From Octopus vulgaris (taxonomy: Eukaryota), in contig OX597815.1 of NCBI GenBank assembly GCA_951406725.2, positions 124,310,001 through 124,374,000 of the forward strand: DNA of 64,000 bases, read 5' to 3'. Of this stretch, positions 27,850-43,369 are shown piece after piece. Each line of letters starts with the position of its first letter. Position 1 is the stretch's first letter. The notes under the pieces were generated by a model. It ran no database searches and had not been told where the DNA came from. It saw nothing but the letters and a program-made list of their open reading frames with translations. The translations under genes were made by a program, and so were the position numbers.

Positions 27850-29305
27850 GCTTTACTTCTCAGAGTACTAGGTCTTGTTTATTGTGGTTGATTCTGTGAG
27901 AGCGGATAGCAGCCTGTTGTCAGAGGTTTCACAGGGTTTCTTTCCGCACATTATAAGTTTTGATACTTGGTTGTTAATTATCGCGGAAGACATTCAACAT
28001 CCAAGTACCAATCTCAAAATCCTAACTGTCCCCAGCAGAGCTGTTTTTTGCGCTTGCTCTGTTCTCATGTCAATTCCGATTTCTTTGACATATTTCTCTT
28101 ATTTGGTTGTTAGTGCTCCGAGTGCCCCTACAGCTACCGGGATAACAGACACTCTCCTCGTCGTCCACATTCTTGCAATTTCGTCTTTTAGTAGTCTGCA
28201 TTTTTCTAGTTCTTTGTTATTTATGTGTGCATCCCCAGGCATTGCAATATCTATAATTTTGGTTTCCTTTATTTCTTTATATACCACAACAATATCTGGT
28301 CTCCTAGCATCGATTAAGGAGTCACATTGGATAGTAAAATCCCACAGTAGCTTATATTCCTTGTTTTCGGTGACTCCTTCTGGTTCATGTTCGTACCTTT
28401 TCCATGTTCTGTACAGGCCGTACTTTTCACAGAGCCTCCAGTGGAGAAACTTAGCCACATTATCGTGCCTCTTTTTGTAATGCTTTTGGGCCAGCTTGCT
28501 ACACTCACTCACAATATGTGAGATTGTTCCGTTTTTGCTGCCATAGGGGTGATTCGCTGCTCTTATCTATTTGGAACTTGATACAATTAGTTATCAGAGC
28601 TTGTTCCTGAGCGCTGCATATCAATGCCTCACTGCATCCTTTCAGATCACTTTTTCTTAGCCCTCGCCAAGTGTTGGTCTTGTCTTTTTCTTCGATTTCT
28701 CTGAGGTATTGCCCATGCAGTGATTTCATTTTCCAATTGGTTATTCTCATCTTCATCTTGTTTCTTAAATATTTGTGGGTGCATCGCATTTTCAGTAGGT
28801 ATTGTATTGTTAATTCTAGCAGCAGCCAGAAAAGAGCCACTCTGCTATTTGATGTCCATCCCAGAATGTTCTCGTTGACAACATAGATCTTGCATCTTAT
28901 GAGGCCTCTTCCTCCCCTGTTCATAAGCACATACAGCCTGTCAGTATAATTTCGGTGTGTTGTTCCTTGTTAATTGTCATCACTTTCCTGGTTTTCTTGT
29001 GTCCACCTAACAACACCCGCACCATATCGCATTAAGGAAACAGCCCATGTGTTCATTGCCCTGATCTTCCTTTTTTTCCATTGAGTCTATTTCCCTTAAT
29101 TAATTTGATTCCTTTGTGATAGTCTCGCCTAAAGCTTTACTTTATTCTACTTTCCTTGATTTTGTCATATTCCAAAATACCCGAAACTAATATCAATTAG
29201 TCTCAATATCCTTGATTTTCTCGCCGTTGCGACACTACTTTGCCGTTTTATATTACAAACATACCACATTTTGTAGTCTCAAATTCCATTCCGATATCCT
29301 TACTG
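27850..29305 (-). mobile_element. Decayed R4/Dong-type non-LTR retrotransposon 3' part (RT C-terminus + restriction-like endonuclease)
   Basis: Motifs RGGRGLI, CSAQEQAL, ECSKLAQKHYKKRHDNVAK, LLWDFTIQCD..RRPDIVV..IIDIAMPGD and IPVAVGALG. Bounded by (TTA)n tracts. Confidence 0.85.
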
Positions 29306-29306
29306 A

Positions 29307-29418
<112 letters not shown>

Positions 29419-31139
29419 GTATTCCTTTCTACTATATGCACAAGGCCTGAAAATTATTATTGTTAATAATAATAATAATAACTTTATTTCTATTAAAAAA
29501 AAAATGAACGAACTAGTGAGTTTAGTTTAATGGCCTACCAATGTATACTATGAGTTTCTTTGCCCTATGAGTCGGGAAGACACTCGGCAAGAAATGGAAG
29601 CAAATTTGAAAGAAGAAGAAAAAAGATAACAATAATAATAATAATAAATGTTCTTGTTTTGTAACATTGACAGGTCATGAATTTCCAGAGGAGAGCAGGG
29701 CATACCCAATAAATCCAATAATCCAATAAAAAAGAATGTGGTAAAAATGATTATAATGATGATAACAACGATAATAATAATAATCGGGAAATTTATAATT
29801 CATATCTCTGCCAGTTTGAAATATGTAATATTTAAATAGGATTTAACCATAACAGGAAATTAAGAAATATATATTAATTAAACATTACATTAACTTATTA
29901 CTTATATCAGCTTGATGTGTATAGAATATATTATCTTTTTCTTTTTTATGAACGAAACATATGTTTAAGAAAAAGAAACATGAGGATGCGTTTAAAAGAA
30001 ACTGTACTTGGATTGTAAATATAGACTGTTTCTAAGCGTAAGCGAGAAACATAATTAAAGAAGTGTTCATACACAGTCACACATCATTCACTTTCTGTTA
30101 ACGAAATCCGCCAAGAGCAAATACAATTGAGTTATTGTCACGGCTTACGGGCTGGAATTTAAATAACTATCACTTGTTAAAGTTGTATAAGTCAAATTCT
30201 TGACAATGAAACACAAATATGTGCGTATGGGAGCGCGTATATGTATACACACATGCATAAATACATAAATACTTTCACACATACATGTAGGTGTGTGAGT
30301 ATAAAATTTATAGAACTTATACACGATTACACATTCATATGCATAATCATAAACGCATATACACACACAACAGCATATTTGAGTGTATTTATGTATCCTG
30401 TGTGTATTTGTGACTTTTGTACGATGGTATTTATTAAGGTTGAATATTTGTACAAATGATTTGTAGATAAGCTCTTGACATTTATTGCTATGCAATCATA
30501 TCGCTATTAGAAATTTTTTTTCAAAGCAAGTATATGACTATCATATTTGTTGAATTGAGGAAGCACAGACTGCATGAGCAAGGGGGAAGGGTGAGATGAC
30601 AAGAGGAACGGTAGGTAGATATCTAGTTGTGTGGGTACGTGTGGAGATTTGGCGAAAAGGATAAGGGTTGAATTTGGGAGGTGAGACGTTATTCTACTTT
30701 AATACTTCCTTATATAGTTATTAAATATTTCCCGTAAGTTATAGTCAACAAAGCATCTCAACCTCTAAGTATTGTCGGAAAGACAATACAACAGTAAAAT
30801 TCTTCGTTTTTGGAAACCTGCAATAGTTTTGTTGTAGACAATATGTTTTCGTTTATCAAAGGATTCGGCAGCTTCGGGGACACATTACGTTTACTTTTCT
30901 TTTAAATTGATGAGGTCAAAAGTGTAATTTTCTTTTCTTTGCTACTACAAGTAGACCCTCAAATTGAAATCAAGGATATGTAACATGTGGGAAATATCAG
31001 GCAAAAGGAAATAACTTCTATTTGAACCAATTCGTAATTGGTTGCAGAATCAAATGATAATAAGAATTTATACTTGAAATATCTATCCTTGAAGGAAAAT
31101 GCTAAATTCTCATAACACAATATTAATATTATTGTTTCG

Positions 31140-31376
31140 GTGAGCTCTAGAACTGTGCATTGGCAGAATAATTGGAACGTCGGAAGAAATTCTTTGAGGT
31201 ATTCCTTTCGGTTCTTTACATACTGATTTCGAACCTCATTAAGGTCAACTTCCACCATTCATCACTCTGTGGTTGATAAAATTACGCACTAGGCCATGTT
31301 CTGATGACGATGGTGTGAACTAAACTCCCACATCTCAAAATTGCAGGCTTTGTGCTTAACTCAGAAATCATCATTC
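31140..31376 (+). mobile_element. Diverged tRNA-derived SINE copy
   Basis: Degenerate head, core and 3' motifs of the same family. Confidence 0.5.
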
Positions 31377-32214
31377 GACGAGCACCATATAAACTTTTAG
31401 TAAAATGAATCTGCGAATCTTTTTCGATTTTCAGGCGGAACCAATTAATTTACTTCTATTGTTAACTGTTCAGTAAAAAGCTTATGAGAGATCACACAAT
31501 TTCATTTCACTCCTCAATAAAATTATGAGATTTTCTACGTGTCAAAGACATTGGCAAGCGCTTTAAATCATAAGAAAGCTTCCGGATAGCCGGGTTCACG
31601 ACACAGTTCGTTTTATGCTCATATTCAATTCAGACGGCAAGGTGTCAACATAACATAACACTGTAACGTGTATGGTTTTGTATGCTAACATTGGTATTAC
31701 TACCAATACATTAAAGATGGTTATACTACTATTTTCTTTCTTGTACTTTCTCTATTCAGATACTTTCGTTATCAGCTTCAAGCTTTCATATTTTCTTTGA
31801 TCTATAAAATGAGTATAGGATGTTTACTATAGTAAATTCCAAACATACAGGCCTCAATAAAAATCCTGGCCTATTCTTTTTCAAGATATTAATATTGCTA
31901 TAATTGTTATTTCAAATAAAAATGATCTAAATAGTAGAGATAATGGCGAAATTAAATATATAAAACATTTCTTCGGTTTAAAAGGCAATAGCTAGTTGAC
32001 AGTAATTGTGTTGTGTAAAATAAGGTTAATGATAGATTTCACGTCTATCACGTAAGGATTCTTTAGCGAACCTTCTGAAATGGTGTTTTAAAATGAACAC
32101 ATCAACATACATATTGATACATCTAGACATGCATATCTTTACGCCCTGAGTTCAAATCGCAACGAAATCAATTTTGCCGGAAAATTGTCTAAAGTAACAA
32201 CAGGAACAACAAAG

Positions 32215-32780
32215 CTGCAGTTGATGATGAAGGATATGATAAAGGAAGTCAACTCTTACTCGGTCATCCATCATGCACTCCGACTGCCATAAGCAGCCAG
32301 GCCATTTCATCGTTTTGTGACATGGGAGACGTAATAGCAACAGAAAAAGATATAAGATTTCCAACGCGTCAACGAGGGCGTGGAGAGCAAAAAAATAGAG
32401 AAGAATCCCCTTCTGAGAAAGAAAGGCACACCCCAGTACAAGGCGATCAGAAAGAGTGAGGAGTCCGTTCCACAGTATAATGACAGTAATGAAAAAGATA
32501 TGAGATTTATAGTCTTTCGAAAAATAAGCTAATGCCTCAAAACAGCACAGAACAAATGTGATGCGGCGGATATAATCTAAATGTGAACGTCGGAATACAA
32601 GATATTTTTAGTGAAAAATACCAGAACAAAATTATCACTAGCTAAAGCTGGGGTGTCCAGAGAACATAAGATGTTCGTTGACTCATACCACGCAAAAGAT
32701 ATTGACGGGCACTACTGGGAGTAACAAGCTTTAATACGAGTAGTGGAAGGTGGAATGTCAGGTGGGGTGCTCTAACTTCA
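32215..32780 (-). mobile_element. Highly decayed CR1/L2-like LINE 3' end
   Basis: A minus-strand frame near 32460-32510 reads SHIFFITVIILWNGL, resembling the terminal FF..LWN.LP motif of these LINEs. It ends in (CAT)-type repeats. Confidence 0.35.
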
Positions 32781-33119
32781 CATAATTAGCTGATTATCAC
32801 CCATCGTGTGGGTGGACAACTATAAATGTCTTTCTGTATGAACTTGTTAAATATTTTTAAATATCTTGTTCTATATACTGTGTGTTCTATTTCCTTGGTG
32901 ATTATCCATTGTATGCCCCTTTTACACGAAATTTTTGAAGTGACTTCTTTTCATAAAGTCCCTAGCCCAACCCATTTGTTTTTATGGGGTTTGTTTGTCC
33001 TACTTAACGCATTTTTAAACCCCTAATCTTAACGTTTCATATCATGTATGCATGAATGAATTCTATAGAATTGCCCTCATAAAATTATTATTTTCCCTGC
33101 TATTAACATGTTTGTTGCT

Positions 33120-33725
33120 AAGGTGACGAGCTAACAGAATCGTTAGTACGTCGGATAAAATGCTTAGCGGCAATTCGTTCGTCTATACGTTCTGAGTTCA
33201 AATGCTGCTGAGGTCGACTTTGCTTTACATCCTTTCGGAATCGATAAAATAGGGTTCCAGTTGAGCATTAGGATCAATGTAATCGACTAGCCTATCCCCG
33301 CAAAATTGTAGGCCTTGTGCCCTTATTAAAAGGTGTTATTATTTATACGGCGAGCTGGCAGAATCGTTAGAGCGTCGAACAAAATGCTTAGGATATTTCT
33401 TTCAGCTCTTTACGTTCGAAGTTCAAATTTCGATGAAACCAGCTTCACTTTCAATCCTTTTGGGGTCGATAAAGTAAAGTACCAGCTAAGTACTCAGAAT
33501 TGCAAACGTTGTGCCTAAAGTAGAAACAATTATTTATTGGTAAAAACTATTAAAACGTTGAAAAAAAACTTGGCTTGTAGTATTTTATTTATGGCCCTAT
33601 ATATTCTGAATTCAAATATCTCAAGATAGAATTTGCCTTTTATCCTTCGCAGGATAAAATAAGTACTAGTCAAGTGCTGGGGAAAGGTTTCGATATAATT
33701 GTCTGTTTCCTTTGTCCAATTTAAT
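33120..33725. mobile_element. SINE cluster: two + copies (33120-33335, 33348-33530) and one - copy (~33560-33725)
   Basis: Family head, core and tail motifs are visible in both orientations. Confidence 0.75.
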
Positions 33726-33769
33726 CCCCTTGTAGTTGGAGAAACATTGAATTTGCAGCGGTTACTTAT

Positions 33770-34640
33770 AAGAAGGATTAACGCAGTGTCAAAGACAAGC
33801 TGAGTGAGCGAGCTTCTATGGAAAATGTTCCTGCATATTTTCAAGTTCCCTAGCGTTTCATTTGCACATGTCAGTTCTACTTTCCACACTCACACTGCTT
33901 TTTCAAAATGGTAAACATTTAATAGATCGACGATTGCTGACTTCTCCCCCTTTATTCATCTGTATCAGTACTGTTCTTTTTGTCACCCAAGTTAACATCT
34001 TATTTTCTAAGCTGTCATATATGGCTGAGTTAATTGGGAGTTTTTCGCACCAGAATCCCTGAAAGCGATCTGGTCCTAGGACTTTCTAGTTTTTATGATA
34101 ATCTCTTTCATCTTCTTATCAGTGACTGTCATGTTTTCTTCTTTCACTTTTCTGTTTTTCTTTTAAATTCTCGCAAACAGCATACTATGTTGGACTTTTT
34201 GTTTCAGATTTCCGTCCAGAATTTTCTCGTGGCTTCAGCATCTGACATATAAATCCCATGCTCCTCTTCACTATTAATTTGTTTATAGAATTTTCTTTTG
34301 GTTCTTGAAGAGTCTATTCTACTGTTGTTGATTTGTTTTCTATAGATATCCTTTTTATTTTGCGTGGTATGGCTTTGATTTTTTTGTTTTAATCCTTCGC
34401 TAATTTTCCGCAAGTCCTTCATGTTTTATGTAGTATATGTTTAGTAGTTCGTTCATCTATCTTTTCCCAACCCTTTCCTTTTCTATGATTGCATGTATCC
34501 GTCTAAGATCTCTCTGTTTAATTTGGTTCTCAAGTATTCGTTCCCACCATGAGACTTTGTCCTTTGTTTACCTTTGGCTTTTAACCCCAAGAATTCACAC
34601 ATTGTTTAAATCGGTTATATTTTCTATATAGAATTTCATT
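33770..34640 (-). mobile_element. Decayed R4/Dong-type LINE fragment (N-terminal part of RT region)
   Basis: RKFYKQIN..DAEATRKFWTEI and WKVELTCANETLGNLKICRNIFHRSSL (degenerate RGIFQGDSLSP). Starts next to a (TTA)n tract. Confidence 0.6.
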
Positions 34641-35311
34641 TATTATTATTATTATTATTATTATTGGGTTTAATATTTGACTGTGGCATATTGCTGACAA
34701 TAACATCTATTTATTCCCTCCAGGACATCACTCAAGTACGGCTAGGCCTCGCAGGAAAAATTACAGATGTGTATATTATTATTTCTTCACATTCAAACGA
34801 AATATGACGATGTTGTTGTAACAGAGACTCTACCAAAATGAAACGAATTACATGCGTATATTAAATGACGCAGACCATGAAAGTGGCTTTCTCATTAAGC
34901 ACACTGAGGTTTCATATCTAATTAGGAATAAATTTATATGGCTGCTGTCTGTGTTAACGGGAACATACTGATGTTAATAATTTAGAAGTCTTGTTTCAAC
35001 TAAATTTCTCAAAGTGAGGGTGGGTAACTACATATATCAGCAAGAAATAACAGGAGAACTAAGAAACTACCACTCATAATAATGCGTAAGCTTGCCATTC
35101 AGCTGGAGATCCTTATGTGATGACCATTAATATTATCAGATTATTGTACATATAGCTTATAAGTAGGCTCAACTTCAATAAGCATCATTCTCAGTTTGAC
35201 TAATAATTTGGTAAAGTCGAACTCGAAAGCCAAAGTAGCGAACAATTAAATCTAGTAGTCTGACTGCGAGTCTAAGTTGTACTGTTAATGATTTTTTGCC
35301 ATTTCCTATTC

Positions 35312-36175
<864 letters not shown>

Positions 36176-36659
36176 CAATCATATTCTTGTATGTGCCTGC
36201 ATAAATGTGTGTATGTATACGTATGTATAGGCAATTTATACAAAATCATCTGAAGTGTTCTCCACACTTAAAAGTATGTACAGTCGAGTAATGAAAATAT
36301 TAGTACAGCAATTACTGTAACTATTTCATATCAGTGTCTCATTACGCTTCATAAGGATCTAACTCATCAGCAAAATGACTAAGTCAGACTTTCGATGTTT
36401 AGCATTATTTTTAGCATTTATAAGGGTCAAATTTTGGTCAGCTAACAATAATATTACATCGTATGACAGAGTTTAACAGATTAAAGACGAAGAGTGTAAA
36501 ACTATTATTCATCAGTTGATAGACAACATCCATGCTTAAAACGTAGTGTGTAGACGTCCAAATAATTATCAAACAGCTATCGATAATTCAACCCAACCAA
36601 TTCCTACCAGGAAGAAATTACATTCGAGACTTTACCCCCAACACCGCCACTTCTGCTAA

Positions 36660-37583
36660 TAGCTGCTGCAGCCGCAAGTTATTCGAATACTTTTTTTGTT
36701 TAAACTTTCTTTATAACTACCACCCCAAACGTTTTACCTAAATTTTTGACGTACCCTAAGGGTCCTCGGACGCTACTTGCAAACTCTTGGTTTATTATAA
36801 ACCGCTTTTGTCGAGTGCACCAAAAAACCTTTTCCATTCGTTTGTTCAGTTTGGTCACTTTTGACTTTTTCGTTGTTGTCACTCACATTGCTGCTAGCTT
36901 TTTTGCCGTTTTGTACATTTTTATACATTTTGGGATACTTACCCCACGTGTTCCGAGAGTTAAAAAGGTCGAGTTGCGTCCCCTAGACAGTCTGTGGTTT
37001 TGTGTTTAATACACAAATCGGTTTGCTATGTGTGCCACATATGATTTAATTAACCGATTTTTTCCAGTAATAATGTATCCTATTGGAATAAAAAGGGCCA
37101 TATAGCTCCTTGGAGCAGACATGATGCTCGCTGTGAATTTTTAAAAAAATTCCTGCCAATTTGTGAAAGATATTGTCGAAAATATGTCATCTTGAATTTG
37201 AACGCGATTTCCCAAAATAGCATGATTTTATCGATTTTTTTCTGATGGTAAGATATTGCATGGAAAACTAACGTCAGAATTAAGTTTCTTAGGGTAACAT
37301 TAAGCTTCACCATGAGTTTGGTGAAAATCGATTGCAAGTTGCGAAAACTACAACAGAAAATGTGTTGCATATAAAAAGCTTAGATTCTCGACCCCATGTC
37401 GAATTTATCATTTTTTTCAGAACTGGGGGAACTTTTCAAAATTTTCGCTGCGTTAGTTTTGAATTATGACATTGGGCTATGTGTGTGTCAAGTTTCATCC
37501 GAATCGGTTGAAAGCCGTGGTCAGGGTGAGGGTACAACCTGACAGACACACAGACAGACAAACTGCCGTTTATATATATAGAG
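36660..37583 (-). mobile_element. Non-autonomous Helitron-like element
   Basis: The minus strand begins TCTATATATATAAA followed by TGTCTGTCTGTGTGT and ACCGATTCGGATGAAACTT, typical rolling-circle non-autonomous 5' ends. The 3' boundary is uncertain. Confidence 0.5.
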
Positions 37584-38319
37584 AGAAGAGAGATATAGAG
37601 ATTCTCACTAGTAAAAGCAGACATCTTCCATTATACAGTCAGGATGCATACAAACTCCTTTGAGTTGATTTCTATTTCTCTTTCAAATGACGTAAGTAGG
37701 CGTAATGAAGTTTTACTTTTCAGACTTATGCACCTTACATTGCTGAAAATAACTTTTAAGAATGGTTTTATTTGAAGTAGAATTATATCTGGAGAGAAAA
37801 AATCCTCTTAGGACTTTTTAACCTCGATACCGCTTTGGCCGAAAACCAGAATTATGATAGGCGGTATTTGGAATTCTTGTATACTGATGAGAGTAACCTC
37901 AGTGTTACTTAAAGATCTGAAGCGTCTATGAAAACTTGGATTTCACGAGTAACATATAGAAAATGAAGAAATTGCTTTATCTCTCCCCCGAAAACCTTTG
38001 TATCAATCTTAGTAGCTTCCTTAATGGTTAAGTATTAGAAACATTTGTGCTGTATCTTCTTGAAATACATTAAGATACAAACTACTAACAAAATGTCATG
38101 TCTATACATAGAACTAAAACGATTTTCGCTTCAAAAAAGATGTAGAAATATCGCATACTGATAATTCATGGGCTTTCTTTGTTATATTTTATTACATTTT
38201 CTTTTGACAGAACTTTATATAGATATTAAAGATTTGTCTCTGGGAACTTTTAAGAATCACAGGAAAGGATTACAATTTGCACAGCAGAGTTGCTTTCCCA
38301 ATATTCACGTTGTCTTGAG

Positions 38320-38505
38320 GGGGATCAAGTGGTTAAAATGGTGGAACGCCAAGCTAAAACGTCAGGTGGTCTTCAGTTATCTCTCTTGAAGTTCTGAGTT
38401 CAAGTACCGCAAAGATCAACTTTGACATTCATTAATCTGAGATCAACTCACCCGACCGTTCTCCGCAAACGAAGTGTATAACTTTGAAGCAAAGCTAGAA
38501 ATTGA
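38320..38505 (+). mobile_element. Diverged tRNA-derived SINE copy
   Basis: gttctgagttcaagtaccgc..tcaactttgacattca. Confidence 0.45.
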
Positions 38506-39211
38506 ATAGAAAACATATTTAGGAAGCTTATGGTTTAATTAGGAAAACATATCGGCAAGTTTGAATCGGGAAAATTGAATAGTTTTAACTAAATATGAAA
38601 AACGCTAAAACATCGATTACATTCGATTGGCTGAGCTGTAATGGAGACTTTATTTAGTTCATTAGTTAACTAAATCTATTCCCATAAGATTTGCTATTGG
38701 CACTAAACATCTACCACAGTTAATCAACAGACTACAAACTATTACTATTTTTTTTTCATAACTGAGTGCTTCACTGTGTTATATTACTCTGCCGCCAGGC
38801 ATGCGGTAGAGATGTCCTGGAGTACAGAACAACGCCTGTATCAAAACAAGACCAACCACCGTAAAACGGAGTGCTTATCATCTAATTCAATTACACATTA
38901 TGGTTTCAAAGCTTAGTTCATAGGTATTGTGTGGAGTATAAAACTGTTATACTCCACACAAGTTTAAAAGAACATGACAGTGACATAGTCATTGTCGACA
39001 AGTCAATGAAATGAAGAAAATATTTAATTTGCTTATTTACATTTTTTCATCCTTTCAAGCAGAACTAATTTAATTTTTTACAGTTCGAATGAACCTTTAT
39101 AAATTTTTTTCTTTTCTTTTTTGATTTAAAGTTACTCGAAATGTGCGAATTGTGAATGCATACATTCGCAAAGTATACTGAGGTGCATTTATACATATAA
39201 AGACATTCAAA

Positions 39212-39289
<78 letters not shown>

Positions 39290-39298
39290 CCTACATAC

Positions 39299-39354
<56 letters not shown>

Positions 39355-39402
39355 TTATCTATCTATCTATCTACCTACCTACCTACCTATCTATCTATCT
39401 AC

Positions 39403-39488
<86 letters not shown>

Positions 39489-39489
39489 G
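39212..39489. repeat. (TCTA)n array
   Basis: Directly visible. Confidence 0.95.
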
Positions 39490-39608
39490 CGTGAGTGATG
39501 TAAATGTTCTATGTATCTAAGAATTATGCATGTACGTATGCAAACGTGCCAGATATACAAATTCATTATAGCGATATCAAATATGTGTGTGCGTGTGCAC
39601 GTGCGTGA

Positions 39609-39652
<44 letters not shown>

Positions 39653-41221
39653 ATTTCATTTTATTTATTTCGAAGAATTTTTGCTAATTTCCTAACAACT
39701 TTAATGCCCGAGCAGCGAACAGACGTTTATCTTCTTTATTGGATGACATATGGTTCCGTATATTTTCTAACTTTTATTCTATACGCATTTCCCGTATTAT
39801 CAAATGTAAGTTAGTGGAAGAAAAGTTATCTACAATTGGCGTATCAGACTGATTCAGTCACACGATGTTTGCACAATTCACGCTTCAACAATAGACGAAA
39901 TTCAAATCTCATACAATTTTGTTTTCTTTTTTGCTTCGTTGAATTGAAGCGGAACTCAAGGACAAATTTTATAGAGTAAAGGTCCCTGAAGTACGTATGG
40001 AAAACAATGCAGTTATTCTCTGATGGATTTTGTCAAAATACTGCTAAAAAATTAATGTATTTATCTTTTGCTTTTATATGAAATACATTATTATTATTTT
40101 AGAGTGATGACTATAACAGATAACCAGTTACTTACATATCATCGGTTTCATGATATTTTGTTAATCGTTTCAGCTTACAAAAGTGATTTGAATGTCAACT
40201 AGTTGATTCGATGATAACTCTAAGAAAGTAGCAATATTTATATCTGCCATTCAACTAAATGTACCAGCAATACACTAAATACAATGGACAATTTTAGACT
40301 TTACTTAGAGATTTGAAGTATGGGTGTTATGTTTCTTCAAGTAGTTTAACTTAGCGGGGAGCCCGCCTCCAGAAACTAAAAACTAATACGCTACTACTGC
40401 TGAAATGTCCTTCGCTGCTTAATCTAGTACAAGAGTTTGAACCATATTTCACGGATGCCTGTGGTTTCATGTGAACTTACTAAAATTCCATGAGGGACTA
40501 TGCAATAAAGAAAATTGGGGTAAAATATCAGCTGGTAAGTATGAATTGACAATATGTCTTTTACTGATTAAATCTTGGTGTTTTATATATACACGGGAAC
40601 ATGCTACACATGTGTAGGATATGGGGGGTGGTGGCATTCTTAATTTTATTATCACTAGCATATTTCGAAATGTCTGTGTGTGTGTGCGTGCGTCTATATG
40701 TATAAAAGAATGCATTTCTCTCCCCCTCTCGCTCTCTCTATCTATCTATCTATCTATATACACACCTCCAAAAGGGGATACAGGGAGGCGACTACATACA
40801 GGCCTATATTTACATGTGTAAATACGAACGAATGGGCAATATAGCACAGGCAAAGGATATAGTGCAATTATTTCAATTGGTATAAAGCAAAGCTAAAAGA
40901 ATTGACAACAACAGCATAAAATGCTGATGCGCTAAATGATATTGTAAACAAAGCAAGGCATCTCTTTATCGCTGTTTGTCGAACACCAAGTTGTTTAACA
41001 AGTCTGTCTAGCAGAAACAAAGGTGACAGACATCTTTCAAGTCACTAGCGTGTAATAATTATTGTGACTGAGGAAATGCAGGCACGATTACTTGAAGAAA
41101 AGACTTCACTACTGTCTGAGAATAGTGGCTAGCAGTTCTAGTGTGATGTAAATAGGTTTCGAAAATCATTTCGTAAAGAAAAATGGGTGAAGTTGTTCGT
41201 TTATTAAACTAGTATGGAAAT

Positions 41222-41620
41222 TATTCTTTTCTACTCTAGAAACAAGGCCCTAAATTTTTGGGGAGGAGCCAGTCGATTAAACTGACCCAGTACACAACTG
41301 GTACTTAATTTATCGACCCCGAAAGGATGAAAGGCAAAGTCGAACTCGGCGGAATTTGAACTCAGAACGTAACGGCAGACGAAATACCTATTTCTTTACT
41401 ACCCACAAGGGGCTAAACATAAAGAGGACAAACAAGGACAGACATACGGATTAAGTCGATTACATCGACCCCAGTGCGTAACTGGTACTTATTTAATCGA
41501 CCCCGAAAGGATGAAAGGCAAAGTCGACCTCAGCGGAATTTGAACTCAGAACGTAACGGCAGACGAAATACGGCTACGCATTTCGCTCGGCGTGCTTACG
41601 TTTCTGCCAGCTCGCCGCCT
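41222..41620 (-). mobile_element. Dimeric tRNA-derived SINE with target-site duplication
   Basis: Two SINE cores joined by a distinct spacer. Flanked by TAGTATGGAAAT at 41210-41221 and 41621-41632. Confidence 0.88.
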
Positions 41621-42372
41621 TAGTATGGAAATCATTATAGTCTTAAGGATGCACTGGGATTGGAAACACTACAATTTGTATCACGATTACAAATCACTAT
41701 TAATGGAGGTGCAGCATGATTACAGTTCCCAAGCTGAAACTAGTAACAAGGTAAAAGAGCAAAAGATACACGCGTGCGCGCGCACACACATACACACACA
41801 CGCAGCACGTTTGTGTTTATAAGTTGACCAAAATGTCGACTGAAGAATACGCAGGCTCCGGATGTAATCCTGGTTACCTTACAAATAACAAACATCATAT
41901 GTGTGTGTGTGCATGTATGAATGTGTATGTTTGTTTGAGTGTGTGTGTATTTACAAACATTATACATACAAACATACATATATATATATGCATACATCAG
42001 ATGAATAAGGGGATGCATAAATTAGAATCAATTACAGCTTTGATGAATGATCATGAGAAAATACGTTAGAAATAACGAAGTATTCATTTCATAGGGTATG
42101 TGGGAGCTAACACTTTGAATAGAAAGATTTGTCTTGGTTTGATCTAGCTCTCTTCCAACGCATTTCCTTTGCTAAAGAACAATTAATCATTGTTTAATAT
42201 GCGTTCACACGCATACACACGCATACACAAATATGCATGCTCACACGCACACAGAAATAAATTATACATACACACTATATATATACGCAAATATTTGTAT
42301 AGTGATATACAATTTGTGTGTGTATATATATATATATGCACATACATACATATACATACACACACACACACC

Positions 42373-42444
<72 letters not shown>

Positions 42445-43369
42445 AAATGTACATGTGAGAAAGAGATATGGGATACTGAAACAAGATTTGAACGAAGACG
42501 TTTGTTGGGAAAACTTGAACTTTAGTTTGTAAATTAAAGACCATAGGTTTAAATGATAGTAAACTGTCGTTATAAATAGTGCAGAACGTATGAAACAAAT
42601 GTCAACTTCATATGCAGTAAATTGTATCTTGAACAGATCTTGCAAAAAACAAACAAACAAATAAATGTCATCGATATTGATATGGTAACGTGCATTGCAT
42701 TAAAGGAGTCAGTGCTATAGATGTGTCGAAACAATTGTCGTGATTAATCATAAATTCTCGTATATTCCATCTTTCGTCTTTCATTTGGCATATATATATA
42801 TATAACATCCATTAAACATTCATGAACAGCGATTTGCAAATCTCAACATAAATTACAAACAGATGTAATCATTGAAGAACCAGTCATACATATTTCCTTA
42901 TATAGAAAAAAATTTCAAACACACATGCAGATATGCAAATATATGCATATGAGTAAGAGAAAACGTCTGGTAACACTAGAAAACGAGTATAAGAAAATAT
43001 ATTTATATACACGGTCGGATTAATCATTAAGCTTGGGGCCCAAGAGGAAGAGGAAAACACTAAAGTTTTTTTTCTAATACCGGATTTGCCTTACGTAAAA
43101 TGTGCAGCTGATTCAGAGCTTCATAAAACGTGGTCTAAAATATCAAGCACACATACGCACGCATCTCCCTTCCACACACAGAGCCAACCTACGCTGTTTT
43201 TATGAATAGACATAGAAACATCGTTTACAACATTTGTTCTTCTATTCACGATGATATTGCATAGGATAAAGTTTTTCTATCTATACACACATACAGCTTA
43301 ACTTCCCTGATTATGATGATGATAAGGGGGACACATCACCGCTAAGACAGCAAAAATGTGTAAAACAAA

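Noticed and set aside
27875-28480. 201-aa plus-strand ORF
   Set aside because: Antisense shadow of the R4/Dong endonuclease region.
37876-37935. CTGATGA followed by a 7-bp stem (hammerhead-like)
   Set aside because: The required GAAA is replaced by TAAAG and no stem III forms. At best it is a dead relic.
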